Shown: positions 8,067 through 17,228 of the stretch, piece by piece
Layout: each line of letters starts with the position of its first letter
Position numbering within the stretch: position 1 is the stretch's first letter
Position numbers and translations under genes: made by a program
The notes under the pieces: generated by a model
The model's database searches: none
What the model saw: the letters and a program-made list of their open reading frames with translations, nothing else
Told to the model about the DNA's origin: nothing
From: Desulfobaccales bacterium
GTDB taxonomy: Bacteria; Desulfobacterota; Desulfobaccia; Desulfobaccales; 0-14-0-80-60-11
Length of the DNA: 64,000 nt
Reading direction: 5' to 3'
Assembly: GCA_052326585.1 (NCBI GenBank)
Contig: JBKQLU010000044.1
Location: 9,299-73,298 of the forward strand

Positions 8067-9479
8067 ATGGTTAATTCGACCCATATAATTGGCATGGTGA
8101 TCACGTTATTAATAATTGCCGGCTTTGGTTTTTATGCTGGAACCAGAATTAATGACGAAAAAGACTATGCGGGCAGCTCCCGTAAAGCAGGGACGACAGT
8201 TGTTGTTGGGACTATTCTGGGGACCCTGGTTAGCGGTAACTCTACTATTGGTGCTGCACAATTAGCGTTCTTATACGGTATGGACGGTTGGTGGTTTTCT
8301 CTGGGAGGAGGGATCGCTTGTTTGGTTTTGGCGATTTTTGTGCTCAAGCCCATCTATTCAAGCAAAATAACCACCCTACCCGAGTATCTGGTCAAGACTT
8401 ACGGTTATAAAATCGGACCCATTTCCAGTATTTGCAGTAGTTTTAGCATATTCTTTAATGTTGTGGCAAACGGTCTGGCAGCCGTAGCCCTGATAACTAC
8501 AGTAACTCATGTCAGTCCTACTTTTGCTGTGATTCTTACTCTGGTGGTATCGCTAGTCTATGTCATGGCTGGAGGAATTCAGGGGACTGGTATTGTCGGC
8601 GCGGTCAAAATGGCGCTACTTTTATTAGCAATGACGGTTGCAGGCGGGATTTCTCTTTACAAGTTCGGCGGAATCAGTGCTATGTATCACGCTTTTCCAA
8701 ACCCTTTCCCCTGGTTTTCCCTGTTTGGCCGCGGAGTTTCAAAGGACCTGGCGGCTGGATCGTCCCTGGTGCTTGGGGTCCTCTCTACCCAGATCTATAT
8801 TCAAGTTATTTCATCAGCCAAGACTATCGGCAAAGCCCGCACGGGCTTATTGCTCTCAGCATTTCTTAGTCCAGTGGTTGGTGTTGGCGGCGTCCTGGTG
8901 GGATTGTATATGAGGGCGCAGGTGGCAAGTTTCCCCGGCTTGGAATCGGCCTCAGCCAATGTTTTACCGACTTTCATTCTGCATTATATGCCACCCCTTT
9001 TCGGTGGCATAATCTTAGCCACCCTGTTTATTGCGACGATCGGAGGCATAGCTGGTATGAACCTCGGCATTTCGACTAATCTCACCCGTGACATCTACGT
9101 ACCGTATATTGCCAAGGGAGCCGATTATAAAAGGGATCTGTGGGTGCAACGCATGTTGGTACTTGGTCTTTGTGTTATCTGCGTAGTTTGCGTCAATAGC
9201 AGCCTGGGTAGCGTGATTCTGAGCTTCGGCTTCCTAGGACAGGGATTGAGGGCTTGTTGTGCCTTCTTTCCGCTCCTGGGAGCCATGTTCTTTAGACGCT
9301 TGGTTACCCCGGCGGCTGGCATAGCGGCGGTGATATTGGGACCAATAACTAATTTTTTATGGCACACCTTTGATCCGCAGGGTATGGATTCGCTCTATCC
9401 CGGACTTATGGCCAGTATGGTTGCTCTAATTGGAATCAGTGTGGCCACCCGCATGCTCGCCCACAAGAGTGAGGCGTGA
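8067..9479 (+). CDS. Sodium:solute symporter family (SSF) transporter
   Basis: 470-aa polytopic membrane ORF with an SSF-like N-terminal organisation. G+C is lower than in the flanking genes, by eye. Confidence 0.75.
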   Translation: MVNSTHIIGMVITLLIIAGFGFYAGTRINDEKDYAGSSRKAGTTVVVGTILGTLVSGNSTIGAAQLAFLYGMDGWWFSLGGGIACLVLAIFVLKPIYSSKITTLPEYLVKTYGYKIGPISSICSSFSIFFNVVANGLAAVALITTVTHVSPTFAVILTLVVSLVYVMAGGIQGTGIVGAVKMALLLLAMTVAGGISLYKFGGISAMYHAFPNPFPWFSLFGRGVSKDLAAGSSLVLGVLSTQIYIQVISSAKTIGKARTGLLLSAFLSPVVGVGGVLVGLYMRAQVASFPGLESASANVLPTFILHYMPPLFGGIILATLFIATIGGIAGMNLGISTNLTRDIYVPYIAKGADYKRDLWVQRMLVLGLCVICVVCVNSSLGSVILSFGFLGQGLRACCAFFPLLGAMFFRRLVTPAAGIAAVILGPITNFLWHTFDPQGMDSLYPGLMASMVALIGISVATRMLAHKSEA

Positions 9480-9625
9480 CCTGCCCCCCCAAAATGGATC
9501 AGTTTTTGAGGGGCGGGTCAACGAGACCATGAACGTTTTCAAGGGGTACAACACGGTAAATAAGGAAGAACTGAGGGCTTTGGTGGGGGAAATCCGGTAA
9601 GGATATTCACCTATATTCACCAGGA

Positions 9626-9668
9626 CAAAAAGAGGGGTTGGCTGAAAGAGCCAACCCCATGTTTTTTC
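9626..9668. terminator. Bidirectional Rho-independent terminator
   Basis: GGGGTTGGCT-gaaag-AGCCAACCCC is flanked by an A-run and a T-run. It lies between the symporter and tRNA-Asn. Confidence 0.7.
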
Positions 9669-9744
9669 TGGCTCCCCGGGACGGACTCGAACCGCCGACC
9701 AAGTGGTTAACAGCCACCCGCTCTACCAGCTGAGCTACCGGGGA
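9669..9744 (-). tRNA. tRNA-Asn (anticodon GUU)
   Basis: Hand-folded cloverleaf. Acceptor is UCCCCGG/CCGGGGA, anticodon loop CUGUUAA, T-loop GGUUCGAGUCC, with an encoded CCA. Confidence 0.9.
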
Positions 9745-9758
9745 GTGATGTTTGCTGC

Positions 9759-9832
9759 TGGCTGGGGGACCAGGATTCGAACCTGGATAGGCAGATCCAG
9801 AGTCTGCAGTCCTGCCGTTAGACGATCCCCCA
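9759..9832 (-). tRNA. tRNA-Gln (anticodon CUG)
   Basis: Hand-folded cloverleaf. Acceptor is UGGGGGA/UCCCCCA, anticodon stem GCAGA/UCUGC with loop CUCUGGA, T-arm CCAGG-UUCGAAU-CCUGG, with an encoded CCA. Confidence 0.9.
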
Positions 9833-9985
9833 GCGGATAAGCACCATTTTTTATATGAAGTTGGCGGGGCTTTGTCAAGAAGTCCATGCTGCCGCGGCGG
9901 ATGCGGCGCCATATCGGCCGGTATGCAGTCTGGCCTTTCTGGATCCAGGTTATTGCTTTAGCGGCAATCTTGGCCCCGGGGGCTA

Positions 9986-10405
9986 TCAGCGCACGATCAG
10001 GACACTGCACGGGGCGTGGCGGCTCACCTTTTCCGCGGTGGTGCCCAGCAGGGCCCAGACTCCGGAAAGGCCGCTGTGGCCCACCACGATCAGGTCAAAG
10101 CCGCCCTCCCGGGCCACCTCGAGGATGGTCTTGGCCGGGTGGCCTGGGCGCATCACGGTCTTCAGGTCTATGCCAGCCTCTTGCGCCCGGCTGCCCGCCG
10201 ATTTCAAGAGTTTGCCATACTGTCCATTGGCAAACTCCTTCTCTTCCTGCACTTCATCGATAGTACCGGCGAACCTGGGTAAGCGCTCCTGCACCGCCAA
10301 GGCGGCCAGCTCCGCCTGGTAAACTTTGGCTAAATTAACCGCCGCTTCCAGGGCTCTATTGGCCCCATCAGAGCCATCATAGGCCACCAAAACTTTCTTG
10401 TACAT
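9986..10405 (-). CDS. Universal stress protein (UspA family)
   Basis: 139 aa: MYKKVLVAYDGSDGANRALEAAVNLA...DLIVVGHSGLSGVWALLGTTAEKVSRHAPCSVLIVR, the classic Usp pattern. Confidence 0.85.
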   Translation of the reverse strand: MYKKVLVAYDGSDGANRALEAAVNLAKVYQAELAALAVQERLPRFAGTIDEVQEEKEFANGQYGKLLKSAGSRAQEAGIDLKTVMRPGHPAKTILEVAREGGFDLIVVGHSGLSGVWALLGTTAEKVSRHAPCSVLIVR

Positions 10406-10529
10406 CTTCCACCTCCAGTACCGCCAGCTTTAGGCGGGCGCCGCCGGCTATTAGCAGGGAAAATTCCTGACGCACTTCTCCTCGCCGCACCAAAACCATC
10501 ACTTATTGTGCCCCAACCGGAGAATTTTT

Positions 10530-11777
10530 TCAATCTTCGGGCATGTGCAGGAAATGTTCCGAGGTGCCCCGATACTGGGAAGAATCTTTTCCGGGGGAGC
10601 CCGCCTTACCGGGGTAGAACCAGATTTGCCCCACCAGGGTGGGAATCACCGCCGAGCCGATGACCGCCGCCACCAATAAGGAATACTGCGCCTGGGTTAT
10701 GTATCCATAGTTGAGGCCAAAGAGCGACGCGATGCTGCCAAAGGTCAGGCCGGTGCACATCATGCAGGTGGTGTAATTGACCTCCCGAGGCGCCATCCCA
10801 AATAATCGGCAGGTCGGCCAGACCCCGATAAACTTGGTGATCATCTTTGCCAAAAACAGGGCCAGCAAGACCCCGAACCCGGCTATCAAGGCAGGCAAAG
10901 ACACCAGGGTCCCGGCCTTGAGAAAGAAGAACGGCGTCAGCAAGGCAAAAACGATGGAGCGCAGGCGCAGCATGATCGCTTTATTGTGGACAAATAAGCC
11001 CGCCACCACTATGCCGAAAATATAAGCCGGCAGCACGGCCTCGCTGCGTGCTTTGACCGCCAGGGCGCCCAGGGCGCAAAGGACCAGAAAGATGAATTTT
11101 ATTTCCGGTTCGCTCACGCGGCCGCCCCACCAGGCGAAGACCCGGCGGCTCAAGGCGGGGAGGACAACCAGGACCAACGCCGTCACCACTACAAAGATCA
11201 CCAGCCAGTAGTCGTAGTTGGCGAAGATGAGGCCCAGGGCCAGCACCGTGCCCAGGTCGTTGACGAAGCAGGCGGCCAGGATGAGCTTACCCAAGTCCGT
11301 CTGGTTGAGCCCGGTCTCCACCATGACCGCATAGACCACCGCCATGGAGGTGGTGGACAGGGCGATGCCCGCAATCTGGGAGGCCTGGAGACTCCATCCG
11401 GCAACGTAATAGGCATAAGCCATGCATCCCAGAAATGGACCCAAGAAGGCGATGATGCCGATGGTCAGGGTAGGTTTTAACTGTTTGCGGAAGGTTGCCG
11501 GCTCGAGCTCGGCCCCGGCCAGGAAGGTGAGGACTACCGAACCAAAGCCGGCCAGGAAGTTGATCCAGGCATTGGGCTGAAAGAGGGCGACACCGAAATG
11601 GGCCCCGCAGTTGCCGGCCACAAAACCCAGGAAGATCTCCACCAGGGCCACGGAAATGCCAATGCGGATCGAGATCAGGCTGGCCAGGAAGGCCAACCCG
11701 ATCCAGGCCGTCGCACTGTACCACACTTGCTCCACGATATGCTCCTCCGGCGATCTTGAGGCGGGCGCTACATACAA
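10530..11777 (-). CDS. Cation:proton antiporter (Na+/H+ exchanger, CPA family)
   Basis: 415-aa polytopic ORF with Na_H_exchanger-like segments (ALVEIFLGFVAGN, FLAGAELE). The start codon is uncertain. Confidence 0.75.
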   Translation of the reverse strand: MYVAPASRSPEEHIVEQVWYSATAWIGLAFLASLISIRIGISVALVEIFLGFVAGNCGAHFGVALFQPNAWINFLAGFGSVVLTFLAGAELEPATFRKQLKPTLTIGIIAFLGPFLGCMAYAYYVAGWSLQASQIAGIALSTTSMAVVYAVMVETGLNQTDLGKLILAACFVNDLGTVLALGLIFANYDYWLVIFVVVTALVLVVLPALSRRVFAWWGGRVSEPEIKFIFLVLCALGALAVKARSEAVLPAYIFGIVVAGLFVHNKAIMLRLRSIVFALLTPFFFLKAGTLVSLPALIAGFGVLLALFLAKMITKFIGVWPTCRLFGMAPREVNYTTCMMCTGLTFGSIASLFGLNYGYITQAQYSLLVAAVIGSAVIPTLVGQIWFYPGKAGSPGKDSSQYRGTSEHFLHMPED

Positions 11778-12096
11778 AAAGCCCCTGATCGCCTAAGCTG
11801 ATCAGGAGCCATTAGTGTCATCACGGTTCGGGCAGATTATCCTTCGCCCCGGCGGACTCCATCGCCTAATCTGGGGATAATTTAACCCCGGTCCCCAGCC
11901 CGGTCAAGGAAAATGTACCATAATTCACAATCACCCCTCTTTTAGGGTTGACATCCTGGCCCTATTGAAGGAATAATCTATCCTGCGACGGCGATGAAGT
12001 CCGCCTGAACTGTTCGCGGTAGCCCGCGGGCTGATGACTTCTGCTCTCATTTAAGGGGCAGAAGTTTTTTTATGCTGCTCATGACCGGGAGAAGGT

Positions 12097-13866
12097 ATGG
12101 GAGTCTACCGGGAACTGAAGGAAGACCTGGAAGGGGAGCTGGGCCGGCTGGCCGCGCTGCCTGAAGTGCGGGGGGCGCTTCTCACGCAACTGCTGGACAA
12201 GTTGCGGCAAAACCGCTTCAATCTGGTGGTCCTGGGCGCCTTTAAACGGGGGAAAAGCACCCTGATCAACGCCTTGCTGGGTGAGGCCGTGCTGCCCACC
12301 TCCATCATTCCCCTAACTTCGGTGGTTACCATCCTGGGTTACGGCGAACACCTGGAGATCCGCGTCCTTTTTCAAAACGGCCAACGCACCGTCATCACCC
12401 GGGGGGAATTAGCGGCTTATATCACCGAGAAGGGCAATCCCAGGAACCATAAGGGGGTGCGGGAGGTGGAGATCACCTATCCCACAGATTATCTTCGGGA
12501 CGGGGTGCGCATCATCGACACCCCGGGGGTGGGCTCGGTCTATAGTCACAACACGGAAGTCGCTTATAATTATCTCCCCCGGGTGGACGCCGCCGTCTTC
12601 GTGACTGCCGTGGACCCGCCGCTGTCCGCCGCCGAAGAGGCTTTCTTGAAGGATATCCGGGAATATGCCCACAAGCTCTTCTTCGTTTTGAATAAGATCG
12701 ACTATGTGGCCGAGCCTGAGCGGCAGGAGGCCCTGGACTTTACCGCTGAGGTCCTGCGCGGCGCCCTGGCCGCCCCAAGGGTGCTGATCTTTCCCCTCTC
12801 CGCCAAGCTGGGCCTGGAAGGCAAGGCCGACGGCGGCTCTGCGGCCTTGACGGCCAGTCTCCTCCCCGAATTTGAGGATCACCTGCGAGGGTTTCTTTAT
12901 CAGCAAAAGGGCCGGGTATTGCTGATTTCTTGTATCAACAGGGCCCTGAAGGCCCTGAATGACTCCACCCTGGCCCTCACGGTGGAACGCCAGGCCAGCG
13001 CCATCCCTCTTAATGAGCTGGAGGAGAAGATTGCCCGCTTCAGCCAGGAATTGCAGGGACTGGAGAAGGAACGGGAGATGTCCCTCTTGCTCTTGGAGGG
13101 GAGAGTCAAAGGGCTGGTGGCGGAGTTGAGCCGCGACCTGGAAGCCTTTAAGCGGGAAACCGGCGTCCGGCTGCGCCGGGAAGTGGAAGCCGAGTTCCAG
13201 CGCCAGAGCCGCCTGGCCCTCGACCTGCGCCAGGAGATGGAAGGGTACCTGTTCGCCGCGCTGCGGGATATCTTCCTAGATTGGCGGGTCGGTGAGGTCG
13301 AGAAACTGGCGCGGTCGCTGGCCGACACCCAGCAGGAGTTCGCCGCCCGGATAAACGGCATCCTGGAGCGCCTGACCCAACTGACGGCGCGCATCTTTGA
13401 CTTTCCCCTGCCGGGTTTTGCGGCCGCGGAGACCCTCACGGAAAAGAGCCGCTTCGGATTCAAATTTAAAGATGAACCGGTGGGCCTGGAGATCCTGCAA
13501 ATGACCGTGGCTTCTTTGCTCCCCCGGGCCCTCACCAAGGGCCTGCTGCTCAAGAAGCTTCTGGAGAACGTCGCTGAATTGGTGGATAAGCATTGCGGCC
13601 GCCTGCGTTACGATTTCCAGCAGCGGCTCCAGGAGTTGACCCGAGATTTCCGGAAAGACTGGCTCTCCCGGATCGATGACACCACCCAAGGCATTCGGCA
13701 GGCGCTGGAGCGGGCCAGGGCCCAGAAGCGCAGCAGCACCCAGGCAGCGGCGCGGCGGGCCGGAGAAATGGAGCAAAGATTAACCGAAATCTCCCGCGGC
13801 GAGGGGGCGTTATTGGGATTGAAGACCCGGGTGGAAAAGTCCCTGCCTGGGTCAAGTAATATTTGA
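12097..13866 (+). CDS. Dynamin-family GTPase (bacterial dynamin-like protein)
   Basis: P-loop context NLVVLGAFKRGKSTLINALLG, G3 motif IIDTPGVGS, NKID motif, and a long coiled-coil-like C-terminal half. Confidence 0.75.
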   Translation: MGVYRELKEDLEGELGRLAALPEVRGALLTQLLDKLRQNRFNLVVLGAFKRGKSTLINALLGEAVLPTSIIPLTSVVTILGYGEHLEIRVLFQNGQRTVITRGELAAYITEKGNPRNHKGVREVEITYPTDYLRDGVRIIDTPGVGSVYSHNTEVAYNYLPRVDAAVFVTAVDPPLSAAEEAFLKDIREYAHKLFFVLNKIDYVAEPERQEALDFTAEVLRGALAAPRVLIFPLSAKLGLEGKADGGSAALTASLLPEFEDHLRGFLYQQKGRVLLISCINRALKALNDSTLALTVERQASAIPLNELEEKIARFSQELQGLEKEREMSLLLLEGRVKGLVAELSRDLEAFKRETGVRLRREVEAEFQRQSRLALDLRQEMEGYLFAALRDIFLDWRVGEVEKLARSLADTQQEFAARINGILERLTQLTARIFDFPLPGFAAAETLTEKSRFGFKFKDEPVGLEILQMTVASLLPRALTKGLLLKKLLENVAELVDKHCGRLRYDFQQRLQELTRDFRKDWLSRIDDTTQGIRQALERARAQKRSSTQAAARRAGEMEQRLTEISRGEGALLGLKTRVEKSLPGSSNI

Positions 13867-13961
13867 ACCGGGCGAAAGTTGGAAATTTACCCTTGATATT
13901 TGGCCGCCCGTTCTTATTTTCTGGGCAGGCCCCCTAACCATTCTTCCCCTGGAGGTGACCT

Positions 13962-14243
13962 ATGAAAGAGTATGCAGAAATCACGAAGCAGAAGAAGCTC
14001 CCCCAAGTCGGGCAGGTGGTGCGCAGCAAGAAGTACGGCACGGAATGGCGGGTCATGGAGAAGAAGGAGGTCTGGCAGAACATCGACCCCGACCCGCAAA
14101 CCGGGGAGACCCGCATGATCCCGGCGGTCTATCTCAATTTCTGGAGGGTCCAGGAAGGGGTCATGCCGGGTGTGGGCCGGATGATGGGGTTTTTGTACAC
14201 CCTTAACGACAACACCTTTGCGCTCAATTGGGACCTCCCCTGA
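13962..14243 (+). CDS. Hypothetical protein (93 aa)
   Basis: Good RBS (GGAGGTGACCT-ATG). No family recognised. Confidence 0.45.
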   Translation: MKEYAEITKQKKLPQVGQVVRSKKYGTEWRVMEKKEVWQNIDPDPQTGETRMIPAVYLNFWRVQEGVMPGVGRMMGFLYTLNDNTFALNWDLP

Positions 14244-14350
14244 GAGGGCGCCCCCCCTCCAGGCGAATCCTTACGGGGCCAATTTCCCAAATTTGGCCCC
14301 GTTTTTCATAATTTTTCATCTCTCTCATATTTTCCATAAATGGAGGGCAC

Positions 14351-14986
14351 ATGACCCGGATCATCCTGGTGCGCCATGGCCAGACCCCCTGGAACAAGGA
14401 TAAGATCTTTCGCGGCTCCCGGGACATTCCCCTGAACGACACCGGCCGGGAAGAAGCCCGGCTGGCGGGGGAATGGCTCAAGGGAGAGTCCATCCAGGCG
14501 GCCTACTGCTCCCCCCTGTCCCGGGCCCGGGACACCGGCGAGGCCATCGCCCGGCATCACGGCCTGCCGGTGGCAGATTTGCCGGGACTGAGCGATCTCT
14601 GCTATGGAGATTGGGAGGGCCTGCCCCTGACGGAGGTAAAGGTAAAATACGCCGACCTCTACCGCCGCTGGGAGACCGCCCCCCAGAGCGTGCGCTTCCC
14701 CCGGGGCGAAACCCTGGACGAGGTGAAGCAGCGGGCGCTGGCCGCGATGGCCGAGGTGCTGGCGCGCCATCCGGACCAGACCGTCCTGCTGGCAGCCCAC
14801 CGGGCGGTGAATAAGGTCCTGATCGCCGCCTTCATCGGCCTGGATAACTCGAACTTCTGGCGCATCGGCCAGGACACTACTGCCATCAACCGCTTCCATT
14901 GGACGGGCGGCGCCTGGCAGATCGTGTCACTCAACGGCACCTGCCACCTGCGCGGCCTGAGCCGCGGCGAGTACGTCGATTTTTAG
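14351..14986 (+). CDS. Histidine phosphatase family protein (phosphoglycerate mutase-like, GpmB/CobC type)
   Basis: N-terminal RHGQTPWN catalytic motif (MTRIILVRHGQTPWNKD), with later SPLSRA and AHRAV blocks. Confidence 0.85.
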   Translation: MTRIILVRHGQTPWNKDKIFRGSRDIPLNDTGREEARLAGEWLKGESIQAAYCSPLSRARDTGEAIARHHGLPVADLPGLSDLCYGDWEGLPLTEVKVKYADLYRRWETAPQSVRFPRGETLDEVKQRALAAMAEVLARHPDQTVLLAAHRAVNKVLIAAFIGLDNSNFWRIGQDTTAINRFHWTGGAWQIVSLNGTCHLRGLSRGEYVDF

Positions 14987-15008
14987 AGAAAAAGGGGGGA
15001 TTCCGGGG

Positions 15009-15530
15009 ATGGAAAAATATAAAGAGCGCAAATGGAGTGGAGAAAAAAGCAAGAAGTTCGGTCATGCCGGGCGGGTCAACGACCCCTACGAGCTGGCGGC
15101 TGGCCAGGAGGCGGCGGTGTGCCAGGAGTGCCACGGCGTCTACCAGGGCAAGCGCTGGTTCTTTGATGCGAAGCTTTACGACCAACTGTCAGGTCCCGCC
15201 AAGGTGCGGCAGGTGGTCTGTCCTACCTGCCGCAAGATCAAGGACCGTTACGTGGAAGGCTACCTCACCCTGAGCGGCGAGTTTTGGGTCCAGCACCGGG
15301 AAGAGATCGTCAAGCTGCTGGAAAAGGAAGCCGGCAAGGTGGGGCGGCGCAGCTTCGCTGACCGCATTATCCAGATGCTTCCGGAGGCGGACAGCAAGCT
15401 GGTAGTGGAGACCACCACCGAAAAGCTGGCCCAACACCTGGGCCGCACCATCTTCAAGGCCTACAAAGGCGATCTGAACTTCCGCTGGAGTGAGCCCAGC
15501 CGGTTCGTGCGGGTTTACTGGACCCGGTGA
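15009..15530 (+). CDS. Zinc-ribbon protein of unknown function (two CxxC pairs)
   Basis: 173-aa ORF with CQEC...CPTC. No confident family assignment. Confidence 0.5.
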   Translation: MEKYKERKWSGEKSKKFGHAGRVNDPYELAAGQEAAVCQECHGVYQGKRWFFDAKLYDQLSGPAKVRQVVCPTCRKIKDRYVEGYLTLSGEFWVQHREEIVKLLEKEAGKVGRRSFADRIIQMLPEADSKLVVETTTEKLAQHLGRTIFKAYKGDLNFRWSEPSRFVRVYWTR

Positions 15531-15557
15531 GGGAAGAGGCCGCTGGACTAATTGCCG

Positions 15558-17081
15558 CTACGAGCCTCCCTGGCCGTTTTTGATGCGCTGGATGAGGTTC
15601 GAGACCGATTCGGGTTCGGTGACCGGCAGGAGCCGGACCTCCCCGCCGTAAGCCTGGACGATCTCCCGCCCGGCCACCTGGGCCTCCGGATAATTGCTCC
15701 CCTTGGTAAGGACGTCCGGTTTGAGGCCGGCCAGGACTTCCGGCAGCCGGGGGCTTTCAAACAGGATGACGTAGTCCACCGCTTCCAGGGCCGCCAGGAT
15801 GCGCAAGCGTTGAGCGGCGCCGATGACCGGGCGGCCCTCCCCTTTTACCAGCCGCACCGAGGCGTCGCTGTCGAGGGCCACCACCAGGAGGTCTCCCAGG
15901 CGCCGGGAATCCTCCAGGAACTTGATGTGGCCGGCATGGAGCAGGTCGAAGCAGCCGTTGGTGAAGACCACCTTGCGGCCCTGGGCCTGGAGATGGGCCA
16001 CCTTGAGGCCCAATTCGGCCAACCCCAGGATCTTATCCTCCAGGCCGGCGGCCCGGCGTCCCAACTCCCGCTCCAACTCCGCCCGGAAGATGGGGGCGGT
16101 GCCCACCTTGCCCACCACCACGCCGGCGGCGACGTTGGCCACCGCGGCGGCCAGCGCCGGGTTGCCCCAGGAGGCCAGCCCCAGGGCTACGACCGCGGCC
16201 ACGGTGTCCCCGGCCCCGGAGACGTCGAAGACCTCCTGGGCCCGGGTGGGGATGTGCAGCTCCGGGCCTTGCCGGGGAAAGAGGAGCATGCCCTCGGCCC
16301 CCAGGGTAATCAGCAGATGGTCCAGGTCCAGGTCCTCCCGGAGTCCGGCTCCGCTGCGGACCAGGTCCTCCCAGCGGGACAGGGAGCGGCCGGCGGCCAG
16401 TTCCGCTTCCTGGCGGTTGGGGGTGATGACCGTGGCCCCGGCGTAACTGGAGAAATCCGGCCCCTTGGGGTCCACCACCACCGGCGTCCCCTGACTGCGC
16501 CCCCGCCTGATGACCTCCTGCAGCAATGGGGCGGTGAGGGCCCCCTTGGCGTAATCGGACAGGACGATGGCGGAGAGCCGGGGCAGGCGGTCCTGGAGAA
16601 AACCGGCGGCCGCCGCCAGGAAATCCGGGCCGGCCGGGCGGCGGGATTCCCGGTCGATGCGCACCACCTGCTGGGTGTTGCCCATGACCCGGGTCTTGCG
16701 GGAGGTGCGCCGCTCAGGGTCGGCGAAGAGGCCGGCGTCATCCACTCCCAGCCGCTCAAGCTCCCGGCGCAACAGGCTGCCGGGATGGTCGTCGCCCACC
16801 AGTCCCAGGACTTCCACCCGGGCCCCCAGGGCCACCAGGTTGTTGACCACGTTGCCGGCGCCACCCAGGGTGCGGGTTTCCCGCTCCACGTCCACCACCG
16901 CCACCGGCGCCTCCGGGGAGATGCGCGCCACCCGCCCCCAGAGGTACTCGTCCAGCATGAAATCCCCGGCCACCAGGACCCGCAGGCTGGAGAAGCCGGA
17001 GAGGTCCAGGCGCCGCAACTCCTCGCCCAAACCCGAATCTGCGCTACTGCCGCCTGACTGGCTCTGGAACACTGCCGGCAC
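15558..17081 (-). CDS. hldE: Bifunctional D-beta-D-heptose 7-phosphate kinase / D-beta-D-heptose 1-phosphate adenylyltransferase
   Basis: The N-terminal half is a PfkB-type kinase (VLVAGDFMLDEYLWGRV.RISPEAPV, GAGNV). The C-terminal half is a cytidylyltransferase (VVFTNGCFDLLHAGHIKFLE). Confidence 0.9.
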   Translation of the reverse strand: MPAVFQSQSGGSSADSGLGEELRRLDLSGFSSLRVLVAGDFMLDEYLWGRVARISPEAPVAVVDVERETRTLGGAGNVVNNLVALGARVEVLGLVGDDHPGSLLRRELERLGVDDAGLFADPERRTSRKTRVMGNTQQVVRIDRESRRPAGPDFLAAAAGFLQDRLPRLSAIVLSDYAKGALTAPLLQEVIRRGRSQGTPVVVDPKGPDFSSYAGATVITPNRQEAELAAGRSLSRWEDLVRSGAGLREDLDLDHLLITLGAEGMLLFPRQGPELHIPTRAQEVFDVSGAGDTVAAVVALGLASWGNPALAAAVANVAAGVVVGKVGTAPIFRAELERELGRRAAGLEDKILGLAELGLKVAHLQAQGRKVVFTNGCFDLLHAGHIKFLEDSRRLGDLLVVALDSDASVRLVKGEGRPVIGAAQRLRILAALEAVDYVILFESPRLPEVLAGLKPDVLTKGSNYPEAQVAGREIVQAYGGEVRLLPVTEPESVSNLIQRIKNGQGGS

Positions 17082-17228
17082 CGCTCCTCGCGTCGTAATC
17101 TGGGTCCAGGCAAGGCATAGGCTCAGGGGACATTCCCCAGCAAGGGTTGGGGAACGAGAAACCGAAGGCCCAAACCTGGCCGGACCCCAGTGCGGGTACT
17201 CTCCGGAAACGCCCCGGGAACGCCTGGG

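Noticed and set aside
9607-10010. ORFs 9607-9912 and 9735-10010 (-) and ORF 21220-21789 (-)
   Set aside because: They run through the tRNA-Asn/tRNA-Gln genes and through tRNA-Arg respectively, so they are spurious.
15552-17057. 501-aa ORF on the + strand (also 15823-16446, 16567-17259 and 16310-17113)
   Set aside because: It is antisense or out of frame relative to the clearly recognisable hldE gene. The composition is dominated by G/A/P/R/H/Q, typical of shadow ORFs in G+C-rich DNA. No motif was recognised.
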